This document shows positions 27,261 to 35,669 of a stretch of DNA of 49,241 bases, piece after piece. Position numbers and translations under genes: made by a program. The DNA lies in assembly GCA_036390615.1 (NCBI GenBank), contig DASWBL010000057.1, positions 1-49,241 of the forward strand. The letters run 5' to 3'. The notes beneath the pieces were generated by a model, which saw only the letters and a list, made by a program, of their open reading frames with translations, did no database searches and was not told where the DNA came from. Source of the DNA: Steroidobacteraceae bacterium. GTDB taxonomy: Bacteria > Pseudomonadota > Gammaproteobacteria > Steroidobacterales > Steroidobacteraceae. Numbering within the stretch: position 1 is the stretch's first letter; every line of letters begins with the position of its first letter.

Positions 27261-28621
27261 TGGAATCGTGCGCCTTGACGCGAAAGTTCCTTGTGTACCG
27301 CGCCGATGTCGAGCCGGTCGAACGCCTCATCTCGCTTCAGGGAGACAGCGGCCGCGACGCCCGCGCCTTGGCCGCTGACGGCGCAGCACATCATGTTGCG
27401 GGCCGAGGCATGCGAAATGTTGTCGCCGCCGATGCAGCGGCCGGCAACCAGCAGGTTGCCGACCCCCCTTGGAACCAGCGCGCGATACGGCACATGCCAG
27501 TATCGGCCCGTGGTGGGCAGGATCAGGATACCGTAGCCGTCTATGAATTCAGGAAAGATACCGATCGCGTCGTCAAAGCGCGCCTGCTCGCGCACGTCGG
27601 TTCCGGTAAGGTTATACAGCGCGTCGATCTTGCGTGTGTCGCGAACGCCAAGAGTCATCCCGAAATTACGCAGCTTCGCATCCTCACAGCCCGGCATGAA
27701 TTTTTTAAGCGCTTCAATTGCGAAGATAGCCTCACGGCGGCCGCGAATCTCGCCGGTCGTCAGGTCGTGCGGATCGGTGCCATCGATCTCGGGCACATGC
27801 ACGAGATTGAGGTAGGTCAGATCCCCCTGGTCCGTCACAGTGCCCCATGTACCGGCGATCGTTTTCAGGTAAGGCGGTATGAGCCCGGCTTCAAGCGCTT
27901 TCTGGAAGGGCTTGCGCAAGAACGGCGAGAACATCTGGTCTTCCTTGCCGGTAGTCTCGTAATCCCATTCGCCGTTGCCTGACCAGTCGGCATAGGTTTG
28001 CGGATCAGCCTTGACTGCGTCAATGAAGCGCCGCTTGTTGACACCGGACATGGAGAACATGACCGACACGGCCATCATTTTCTCCTTCGGGTTCTTGTGA
28101 TACGGCGCCCCGGCTCGCGCAGCAATGTCAGCATCCCCGGTGGCATCGATGATTCGCTTGGCGAGGATCGCCTCCCGGCCAGCCTTGCTCTCGGTGATGA
28201 CGCCGCGGATCACGCCGTTCTCCATGATGGGCGCAACGCCGAGTCGATGTAACATCGGCTTAACACCCGATTCCTCCACCAGTACGTCTGCCACCCATTT
28301 GAACATTTCTGCATCGAGAGCGTGGCTAAGCGACTGCGGCTCCGGCATTGCCGCGCCCATCGCTTTGGCGCGATTCTCAAACTCGATGCCGATCCCCTCG
28401 CAGTCCACCGTGTGCTCGTGTCGGTACCAGGCAAATCCTTCAACACCGACCTGCGTTATATTGCCGCCAAAGCAGCCATTGCGATCGATCAGCGCCGTGT
28501 CAACACCCGCGCGCGCGGCGGCGAGCGCCGCAGCGAGACCGCCAGGACCGCTACCCACGACTAATACGTCAGTTTGCAGAACGACGTCGACTGACCGGGC
28601 CGGTTCAGAAATTTTTTCCAT
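27257..28621 (-). CDS. FAD-dependent oxidoreductase, PF12831 (FAD_oxidored) type
   Basis: 454 aa with the N-terminal dinucleotide fold DVLVVGSGPGGLAAALAAARAGVDTALIDRNGCFGGNIT. The C-terminal block VAGRCIGGDNISHASARNMMCCAVSGQGAGVAAAV is typical of this family. It starts 35 nt downstream of the HD gene. Confidence 0.78.
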   Translation of the reverse strand: MEKISEPARSVDVVLQTDVLVVGSGPGGLAAALAAARAGVDTALIDRNGCFGGNITQVGVEGFAWYRHEHTVDCEGIGIEFENRAKAMGAAMPEPQSLSHALDAEMFKWVADVLVEESGVKPMLHRLGVAPIMENGVIRGVITESKAGREAILAKRIIDATGDADIAARAGAPYHKNPKEKMMAVSVMFSMSGVNKRRFIDAVKADPQTYADWSGNGEWDYETTGKEDQMFSPFLRKPFQKALEAGLIPPYLKTIAGTWGTVTDQGDLTYLNLVHVPEIDGTDPHDLTTGEIRGRREAIFAIEALKKFMPGCEDAKLRNFGMTLGVRDTRKIDALYNLTGTDVREQARFDDAIGIFPEFIDGYGILILPTTGRYWHVPYRALVPRGVGNLLVAGRCIGGDNISHASARNMMCCAVSGQGAGVAAAVSLKRDEAFDRLDIGAVHKELSRQGARFQ

Positions 28622-28656
28622 GCAAACAGTTATCCTCGAATTTCAAGCGAAGAGTG

Positions 28657-29235
28657 TCAGGCACGGGATGCCGACTTCGGAAGCTGGCTGGCTAAACGGT
28701 CAATTAACTCTGCGTAGTCCGTGAACACAGGTGTATGTAGTCCAACGACCTTGCCCTGGTCGTCGCATTTGCGGAGCAGGACCGACTGGCGACCGAATCG
28801 CTCAGCCTCAAATGCCGCCACTTCGGACTGCGACATCGGGCCTCCCTGGAGTTTTAGGGTTATTACGGACGCCGGGCTTAGCTGTGCAAAATAATCGGAA
28901 TCGGTCGCACAAAGGTAACGCTTTGCCGGCACGTGCAGACGGACAGGCTCGGACACTTCAGCGCCGAAGCGCGCAGCCAGCCACCGGCTGCCGCTCAATT
29001 CATGATGCGCGTCGGTCTTCCAGTCGGCTATGTCCTCCGGCGCCGGCTCGATCAAATGTCCGATATCGTGCAGAAGCGCAGCAAGTACGAGCGAATCGGG
29101 AGCTTTGGCAGTGCGCGCAAAATATGCCGCCTGCAGTGAATGTTCGGTTACGGTTACTGCCTCGCCAAAATAGGCCGCGGCACCTCCGCGCCCGTAGATC
29201 GCCAAAATCTCATCCGCTGTAGTCATAATTGTCAT
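28657..29235 (-). CDS. HD-domain protein, PhnZ-like (TIGR03276-type mixed-valent diiron oxygenase candidate)
   Basis: 192 aa. The ordered ligand-like motifs are TEHSLQAAYFA, AALLHDIGH, HHELSG, VRLHVPAKRYL, LKLQGGPM and RKCDDQGK. They match in spacing and wording my memory of PhnZ (..LEHSLQCAYFA..ALLHDLGH..HV.AKRYL..QGGPM..WDE.GK). Its ATG overlaps the upstream MFS stop (ATGA at 29232-29235). Confidence 0.72.
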   Translation of the reverse strand: MTIMTTADEILAIYGRGGAAAYFGEAVTVTEHSLQAAYFARTAKAPDSLVLAALLHDIGHLIEPAPEDIADWKTDAHHELSGSRWLAARFGAEVSEPVRLHVPAKRYLCATDSDYFAQLSPASVITLKLQGGPMSQSEVAAFEAERFGRQSVLLRKCDDQGKVVGLHTPVFTDYAELIDRLASQLPKSASRA

Positions 29236-30572
29236 CCCGCACGCGCAGCCGCTCTGGCTTCGAGGCGATGCAGATAGGCAGCCCCGATGGCAGCGATCAG
29301 GCTGACGACGGCAAGGCCGCCAAACACGACTTTCCAGCTGAATTCAGTCTGGACGCGCGCAACTGCGTAACCCGCAAGCACTGCGCCTGCATATCCAACG
29401 CCGTCGATGAGCCCTGAGGAAAGCGCGGAGCCCTGCTTACCGCCAAAGTCGAGCGCGAAGGCGCCGCCGAGATAGGAGTAGGGACCTAGAAGGCAGAACG
29501 CGGCCGTGCCGATCGCTACCAGCGGCAGTCTCGGTCCCACCAGGCTCGGCTGCAGCCAGGTCAAAGCGAGCAACGCAGCGGCGGTGGCGAACAGGCCGAA
29601 TGCCATGACGGTCGCGCGACTATTGGCGCCGAGTCGATCGCTGAGCCAGCCCACCGCTATAACGGATACCGCGCCGACGGCGGGGAATACCGCGCTCGCA
29701 CTGGCAGCGCCGCTGTTGCTGTAGCCGAAGTAATCGCGCAGATACAAAGGGGTCCAGGAATTGAAGGATTCGCGTATGACCGTGCAACCGAGCGACAGCA
29801 CGCAGACCAACAGGAAGGCTCGGCTCTTCAGCAGCGGCATTACCAGCGCGGCGATACTCGGCGGTTTGGCGGCAGCATCGCCATATAGATTAAGTGGATT
29901 TGCCTTCGCCTCTGGAAATCCTGCCTCAGTGCGAGACTCTCGCAGCAGCAGCAGATTGGCGATCAGGAAAAACCCGGCCACCGCAGCCGCCAGATAAAAA
30001 AGTGCCCGCCAGTCATATCCCTCGTGGATCAGCAGTGCCATCCACTGGCGGGCGGCCGCGTCGCCTATCAGGTAACTGATGCTCAGAATCCCGACGATCG
30101 TGCCGTGCGAAGTGAAATCGAACCACTTCGACGATACCTTTATCAGGCCAGCCCAGGCTAGCGACTGAGTCAGGCGGTTGCCCAGCCACGCGATTGTAAA
30201 GATTGGCAGACCCCCACCGAGCGTAAAGAGCAAGGTAAATACGGTAGCTCCACCGACACCAATCAGAAAATTGATTCGGCCGCCCCAGAAGTCGCCGAGT
30301 CCGGTCAGAAACAGCTTGCCTAATGCATACGCCAGCACGCCGAGCGACGTAATTTCGCCGATACGCAGAATACCTTCGGCACGATTAATGCCATGAGCAC
30401 CCAGCTCGTCGACCAGCATGGGCGTGGCCACGGAAAGATCGGCTCGACAAAAATAGCAGGCCGCATACCCTCCAAATAGGAGCGCGACAACCAGGAATTG
30501 GCGCGTTGCTAGCGATCGCGCAGAGCGCTTTGCGCGCGACCCGCTAACGTCGGAGTCCTGCGTATCGCTCAT
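29232..30572 (-). CDS. MFS transporter of the organophosphate:phosphate antiporter (OPA; GlpT/UhpT/UhpC-like) family
   Basis: 446 aa with about 12 TM. The N-terminal pattern FLVVALLFGGYAACYFCRADLSVATPML and the following GVLAYALGKLFLTGLGDFWGGR parallel the GlpT pattern (GYAAYY..R.N...A.P.L ... Y...K...G..SD). Confidence 0.75.
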   Translation of the reverse strand: MSDTQDSDVSGSRAKRSARSLATRQFLVVALLFGGYAACYFCRADLSVATPMLVDELGAHGINRAEGILRIGEITSLGVLAYALGKLFLTGLGDFWGGRINFLIGVGGATVFTLLFTLGGGLPIFTIAWLGNRLTQSLAWAGLIKVSSKWFDFTSHGTIVGILSISYLIGDAAARQWMALLIHEGYDWRALFYLAAAVAGFFLIANLLLLRESRTEAGFPEAKANPLNLYGDAAAKPPSIAALVMPLLKSRAFLLVCVLSLGCTVIRESFNSWTPLYLRDYFGYSNSGAASASAVFPAVGAVSVIAVGWLSDRLGANSRATVMAFGLFATAAALLALTWLQPSLVGPRLPLVAIGTAAFCLLGPYSYLGGAFALDFGGKQGSALSSGLIDGVGYAGAVLAGYAVARVQTEFSWKVVFGGLAVVSLIAAIGAAYLHRLEARAAARAG

Positions 30573-30614
30573 TTCGTCCCGCTCGGTCGGTTAATGCGCG
30601 CTGCATGCGTTGGC

Positions 30615-30661
30615 GGTAATTCTATGGAGGTATTTGATATTCCGCTAAGGTAATTTTATGG
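30615..30661. promoter_or_regulatory. Pair of 13-bp direct repeats (GGTAATTCTATGG / GGTAATTTTATGG) in the promoter region of the MFS-HD-flavoprotein operon
   Basis: The repeats lie at 30615-30627 and 30649-30661 with 12/13 identity and a 34-bp centre-to-centre spacing. They sit 43-89 nt upstream of the MFS start (30572), in the divergent gap shared with the gene at 30811. Confidence 0.4.
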
Positions 30662-30810
30662 CGACTTAACCGCCGGTTACCTGGACAAATGTCGCCCCAG
30701 CCAGCTCAAGTGGGCCGGTCGTGCCAGGCGGTCACCGCATGCGCAATTTGTGTCCGGATATCGTGTAGCGTTTGTTAAAATGAAGGCACCGCCAGCCGGA
30801 GCATTCTGCA

Positions 30811-31665
30811 ATGAGCCAACCTCGGATTCTGGTGATCGACGGGAATCGCGCAGCGATTAGGGAGCAGCAGGTAGCCGCCGGTGGCCAGCCGACCGGCGAA
30901 GCGTATGTACAGACACTTCAGCGGTTGGCGCCGGTGGCTTGCGATATCGTCCGGCCCGCCGATGGTGAAGTCCGCCTGCCATCTGGAGCCGGCCTCACCG
31001 ATTACGACGGCATTGCTATCACCGGATCGGCGCTCAATATCTATGACGGCGGCGAACATATTGAAAGACAGGTAGAGCTGGCGCGCGCCGTGTTTGCCAC
31101 CGCTGTGCCGTTCTTCGGCAGTTGCTGGGGGCTGCAGGTAGCCGTTACCGCGGCGGGAGGACGCGTACGAGCCAATCCGTTGGGCCGCGAGTTTGGGTTC
31201 GCGCGCCGCATCGAGCTCGGCGAGGCGGGTCGTACTCACCCGATGTACAGAGGCAAGCCACCGGTATTTGAGGCGGTCACAGTTCATCGCGACGATATTG
31301 AGCAGTTGCCGGCCGGCGCGGTGCCGCTGGCAGGCAATGACATGGGATTACAGGCGGTCGAATTGCGCTTCGGCCGTGGCATTTTCTGGGGGGTCCAATA
31401 CCACCCCGAATACAGCTATGCCGAGATAGCGGCGACTGCCGTGCGATATGCAACGGTGCTGACGAACGAGAAATTGTTCACCGGCCGCGCCGAACTGGAA
31501 GCGTTTGTGTCGGAGCTACGCCAGCTCCAGCAAAATCCTTGGGATCGGCGGCTAACCTGGAAGCACGGACTTGGTCTGGCAATGCAGGATGAACGGATCA
31601 AACTTGCGGAATTGCGTAACTGGCTGGAGTTGCAGGTCACTCCTTTCTATCAGCGACGACATTGA
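30811..31665 (+). CDS. Class-I glutamine-amidotransferase-like protein (stand-alone GATase1 domain)
   Basis: 284 aa with a nucleophile elbow FFGSCWGLQV and a His-Glu pair in WGVQYHPEYS. No synthase domain is attached. Confidence 0.72.
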   Translation: MSQPRILVIDGNRAAIREQQVAAGGQPTGEAYVQTLQRLAPVACDIVRPADGEVRLPSGAGLTDYDGIAITGSALNIYDGGEHIERQVELARAVFATAVPFFGSCWGLQVAVTAAGGRVRANPLGREFGFARRIELGEAGRTHPMYRGKPPVFEAVTVHRDDIEQLPAGAVPLAGNDMGLQAVELRFGRGIFWGVQYHPEYSYAEIAATAVRYATVLTNEKLFTGRAELEAFVSELRQLQQNPWDRRLTWKHGLGLAMQDERIKLAELRNWLELQVTPFYQRRH

Positions 31666-31957
31666 GCGGTATGCCCGCTGGGATCGGGCACCGCGATCTA
31701 ATGAAATTCCTTTCAAATCAACGAACTTTGTACCGAATAGGCCAGTTCTTCTTGCCGGATCGTCCGAAGCGTGCAACCGACTAAGCGCGCGCCTCAGTCT
31801 GGAGGGCGAGTGCTCCGAGTCATTCGTCCGCACGCACTTACCAACTTGCGAGGCCTTTTTCGACAGCAGCCTAATTGCTCGATCAACGTGCTGATCGGCA
31901 GCACACCATGGCGAATACTCACAAAACGCTGGCGATCCGTGCCAACAGGTCCTTGTA

Positions 31958-33040
31958 TTGCCAATGTGTCACAATGGCGACGCCTGCCCTACAGGGGAGC
32001 ACCATTCCGTGCCACCGCGAGAGTTTCTGCACACCGAAACCCTGCGCTTGGTGTCTGTTCAAAAGGGTGACCTGCTCAACACGCCACTGGAATCGCGCTT
32101 TAACCGGATCGCGCGAGTCGCCCGGCGTGCGCTCGACGTTCGTGCCGCCACAGTTAGTTTTTTGGATGAAGAACGCGAGTGGATCAAAGCGGCCGACGGC
32201 TGGGATCTACGGGAGCTAGCGCTGGCAAAGAGCCTGGTCGCTTTGCTGCTGGCCGAAGAACACCATGTAGTAATCAACGATACCCTGAACGACGATCGCT
32301 GCAAGGAACACCGACTTGTAACGAAGGCGCCGAAATTCCGATTTTGCGCCGTCTATCCGCTGCGAGACCGGCTGGAGCACGTGATTGGTGCGCTGGCAGC
32401 CTATGACACCGAACCGCACCAGGTCGCGGCCGACTTTGGGGAGATCCTGAGTGATGTAGGGCAATTGGCGCAACGTGAGCTCCTGTATGTAGAGGCCGGC
32501 ACCGCCCAAGAGCAGCTCCTTACGAAATTGAGCTCGGCGCGCCGTCAGGCCATGCTCGACGAGTTGACCCGCGTCTGGAACAGGCGCGGCGGAATGCAAT
32601 TGCTCCAGACAGCCATTGCCGATGGCGCCCGGCTAAAGCAGGGACTTGGGGTTTGCATCGCCGATCTGGACAAATTTAAAGACGTCAACGATACACATGG
32701 TCATTCCGTAGGCGATATCATTTTAAAGAAAGTTGCCGCCGCGATGGTCGATGTCGTCCGACCCACCGATTCAGTGTGCCGATTCGGTGGCGAGGAATTC
32801 CTGCTGATCGTTCCAGGCGTGAACGTGACTCAACTCAAGGAACTTATGGAACGCGTCCGTCAGCGCGTGGCGGGGCAGGCTGTTCGCGTCCGGGAAGGCG
32901 TGGTGCGCATGACACTCAGCCTGGGCGGCTATGTGCAACCGCCGCACTTGCCCAGTACCCCGGAGAGCGTGCTCAAGCACGCCGATGATGCTCTTTACAA
33001 GGCAAAGGCGGGCGGGCGAAATGTCGTCGTGGCTTCATAG
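31958..33040 (+). CDS. GAF-domain diguanylate cyclase (GGDEF)
   Basis: The N-terminal part is GAF-like (RFNRIARVARRALDVRAATVSFLDEEREWIKAADGWD). The C-terminal GGDEF domain has an intact active site RFGGEEFLL and an I-site RPTD exactly five residues upstream. The start may be the TTG at 31958 or the ATG at 31964. Confidence 0.85.
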   Translation: MPMCHNGDACPTGEHHSVPPREFLHTETLRLVSVQKGDLLNTPLESRFNRIARVARRALDVRAATVSFLDEEREWIKAADGWDLRELALAKSLVALLLAEEHHVVINDTLNDDRCKEHRLVTKAPKFRFCAVYPLRDRLEHVIGALAAYDTEPHQVAADFGEILSDVGQLAQRELLYVEAGTAQEQLLTKLSSARRQAMLDELTRVWNRRGGMQLLQTAIADGARLKQGLGVCIADLDKFKDVNDTHGHSVGDIILKKVAAAMVDVVRPTDSVCRFGGEEFLLIVPGVNVTQLKELMERVRQRVAGQAVRVREGVVRMTLSLGGYVQPPHLPSTPESVLKHADDALYKAKAGGRNVVVAS

Positions 33041-33085
33041 TCGAAACCTCGAATACTGACGAACAACGTTCGCGGCGGAAATTTA

Positions 33086-33922
33086 TCAGGAAAAACTAGC
33101 GCGGCTCGCCACTATTTCGCCGGTCTTCGCAGCCTCGAAGCGATGAGCTAGGCGCGCTAACAATGTCGCCCGCATCGATTCACGGTTGGCAGGGTCCGGA
33201 ACCCTGGCTTTTAATTCTAGTACTGCATCCGCGCCTTCCAGCTTTTTCAAAAGGCAACTTTCAATACTCTGCTCACCCAAGGTTTCGGCGGCGACGACCA
33301 GAGTAAGTGCGCGCGCCTGCTCCACATCCAATTCACGACTGATTCGAATCGCGACCGCTATCTGCCCCGGTACAAATGATTTACCCAGATTGATGGTGAT
33401 CTGACTGGCCGCTACGCTGTTGGGCAGCACGACAAACCGGGCATCCGGTGTGAGCAGTCTCGTATAACCCAACGAAATCCTGTCCACCACACCGATTTCA
33501 TTGCCGGTAGGCGCGACTATCTGCAACGTGTCGCCGAGGCGGAAGGGTCTATATATAGTAATCGCGATGCCCGCCACTAGATTACCCAGCGTGCTTTGCG
33601 CCGCCATGCCGATTACGATCGAGGCAACGCCTGCGCCGGCTAGTAGCGCCGTCCCCATCGCCCGAAGTGCAGGAATCAAGTGTGCATACAATATGATCAT
33701 CACTGCCCAGATAATTACTGTACCCAGCTGCTGTATGAAGCTGATGGTCGTACGGTCTATATGACCCTCGCGCGTCATAGCTGCACGCACAGTCGTGCGC
33801 AGCGCGCGTGAAACGAGCAGCGCCAAAAGTAAAAACACAGCAAAATAAAAAGACGCCCCGATCAGGGTATCCGGCCGGAAATAGGAGAGTATGTCGTGCT
33901 CGCCAGTCCGCAATTCATTCAT
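33086..33922 (-). CDS. Small-conductance mechanosensitive channel (MscS family)
   Basis: 278 aa with three N-terminal TM segments and the MscS pore/beta-domain block STLGNLVAGIAITIYRPFRLGDTLQI. Confidence 0.85.
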   Translation of the reverse strand: MNELRTGEHDILSYFRPDTLIGASFYFAVFLLLALLVSRALRTTVRAAMTREGHIDRTTISFIQQLGTVIIWAVMIILYAHLIPALRAMGTALLAGAGVASIVIGMAAQSTLGNLVAGIAITIYRPFRLGDTLQIVAPTGNEIGVVDRISLGYTRLLTPDARFVVLPNSVAASQITINLGKSFVPGQIAVAIRISRELDVEQARALTLVVAAETLGEQSIESCLLKKLEGADAVLELKARVPDPANRESMRATLLARLAHRFEAAKTGEIVASRASFS

Positions 33923-34326
33923 AAGCGATCTGCTAGTAAAGAGAGATACTGATGCCAGCGTGCGGTCTGGTGTTTGGCGACACGACGGGACAGGTCGAAT
34001 TGCAGGAAAGGGGGCCTTGCACCACTAAAACGATACGCGAGTGAAAGAACCCGCGAGTAGGCACCACAACACGACCACTCAGCGCGAAGTGACCTGCGAA
34101 GTTACCAATTTAAATGGGCGAGCCTTTGCTGGTCTCCTTAATATAATCGCCCCAATAGCTATGGTCCTAGATCAATGCACGTACAACTATCCGAGAGCAT
34201 GTGAAAAGGCGAGCCTCGACGCCAAAACAAATTTTTGAGTTCTAGCGCCGGGCCCACTGCGACATCCGTGATCACCAAATCGTAATGCACTCAAATTGGC
34301 AAAACGGGGTCCGGACAGTCGATTGA

Positions 34327-34659
34327 TCATTCGCCCGCCTTTACCGTGAGTGCGTTGTTGATCATGGTCACGCCTTCGGTGCTGCGAGCGATTGCCAGGG
34401 TCTTGTCGATATCACCCTGGCTCAGCGCATAACCCTTAAGCCACACGGTTCCACTGGCGTCCGAATCGACTTGAATTGAGCCTACGCTTGCGACATGTTG
34501 CGCCGCCATCTCGACCTTGATCTTCGAGGCAATCGAAGAATCCGGCGCAACTATCTTCGTTGTGTCTTCGTCGGTGGCTGACTCATTGACCGCGTAACTC
34601 ACCATCGGCAGAAGACCGGCACTGATCAACGCGCCGGCGAGTACGACCATCCTGTTCAT
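34327..34659 (-). CDS. Secreted BON-domain protein
   Basis: 110 aa with a signal peptide (MNRMVVLAGALISAGLLPMVSYA) and a BON-like core (IQVDSDASGTVWLKGYALSQGDIDKTLAIARSTEGVTMINNALTV). A strong RBS (AAGGAGG) precedes the ATG. Confidence 0.72.
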   Translation of the reverse strand: MNRMVVLAGALISAGLLPMVSYAVNESATDEDTTKIVAPDSSIASKIKVEMAAQHVASVGSIQVDSDASGTVWLKGYALSQGDIDKTLAIARSTEGVTMINNALTVKAGE

Positions 34660-35120
34660 ATCGCCTCCTTTGCTAATTACATTAGACCGTCAGCGATATT
34701 CTCACTGCAATATTGATCTCACTCTATAGTCACCCGCCGCAGTTTGTCGTCAGGAGCATCCTACGTCATTGGATTGTGTCACCGATGCTTGTCATTACTT
34801 CTGCACTAAGGCGTATGGAAGAACTAATTAGTTGGCGCGATTCCTGTTTGGCGACATGAGTGAAAGTTGAGCACCTACTTAACTGCCGACTGAATCATGA
34901 TCGGCGTTCTTTGCTGGCGCTGTTCCACAAACGCCTTCCGATGTGCGCGATGCTTTGTCTGTCAATGCAGACAATGTCCTCCGGGCAGGCCGCGGGGCGG
35001 ACTCAAAAGCGGTTGTAGGTCATTTCTTGCAGTTAACGAGGGTACTCACCGATAGGGCAATGCAGCGTCCTGATGGATCCTCATATACGCCGAAATTCTC
35101 GGCAGACGGAGAGCGCCGTG

Positions 35121-35669
35121 ATGAACCGATATGTAAACGTACTAACGAAATCTGCAGTGGTGCTGCTCGTACTGAGCTGGGGAAGCCTGTCGTCGGCCAT
35201 GAATATGGGAAAGGTTGACGTCAGCGTGGACCAGACCCTACAGGCATTTTATGCCCAAAATCCCAGTCACCGCGAACTCGTGAACAAGGCCGCCGGTGTG
35301 CTGGTGTTTCCTCGCGTGACTAAGGCTGGCGTTGGGGTCGGCGGCGAACACGGCGAAGGCGCACTGCTCGTCAACGGAACCGTTGTGGCGCATTACCTGG
35401 TGAGCGGAGCGTCGCTGGGCGCAACGGTCGGCGTCGGTAAGCACTCCGAAATTATTCTATTTATGACTTCGGAGGCACGCGAGGAATTTCAGCGCAGCCA
35501 CGGATGGACGGTTGGCGCGGATGCCGGAGTGGCAGTTGCATCTGCCGGCGCTGGCCATGAATACGACACCGAAACGCTGAAACGCCCAGTGCTGTCATTC
35601 GTCTTGGGTGAGCACGGTCTGATCGGTGACTTGTCGCTGCAAGGCGCCAAAATTACGCCGATTGTTTGA
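35121..35669 (+). CDS. Secreted SYLF/Ysc84-like (DUF500) lipid-binding domain protein
   Basis: I place the start at the ATG at 35121, preceded by GGAGAG, giving the signal peptide MNRYVNVLTKSAVVLLVLSWGSLSSA. The domain blocks are AGVLVFPRVTKAGVGVGGEHGEGALL, GASLGATVGV and GWTVGADAGVAVA. Confidence 0.78.
   Translation: MNRYVNVLTKSAVVLLVLSWGSLSSAMNMGKVDVSVDQTLQAFYAQNPSHRELVNKAAGVLVFPRVTKAGVGVGGEHGEGALLVNGTVVAHYLVSGASLGATVGVGKHSEIILFMTSEAREEFQRSHGWTVGADAGVAVASAGAGHEYDTETLKRPVLSFVLGEHGLIGDLSLQGAKITPIV

Noticed and set aside
24526-28724. Several plus-strand ORFs of 167-268 aa (24526-25029, 24579-25196, 27176-27982, 28125-28724)
   Set aside because: All are antisense to well-supported minus-strand genes (SBP, MFS, flavoprotein) and look like shadow ORFs.
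34041-34238. 65-aa plus-strand ORF in the MscS-BON spacer
   Set aside because: It has a non-ATG start, no RBS, no signal peptide and no motif, and it lies in an AT-richer spacer. It is probably non-coding.
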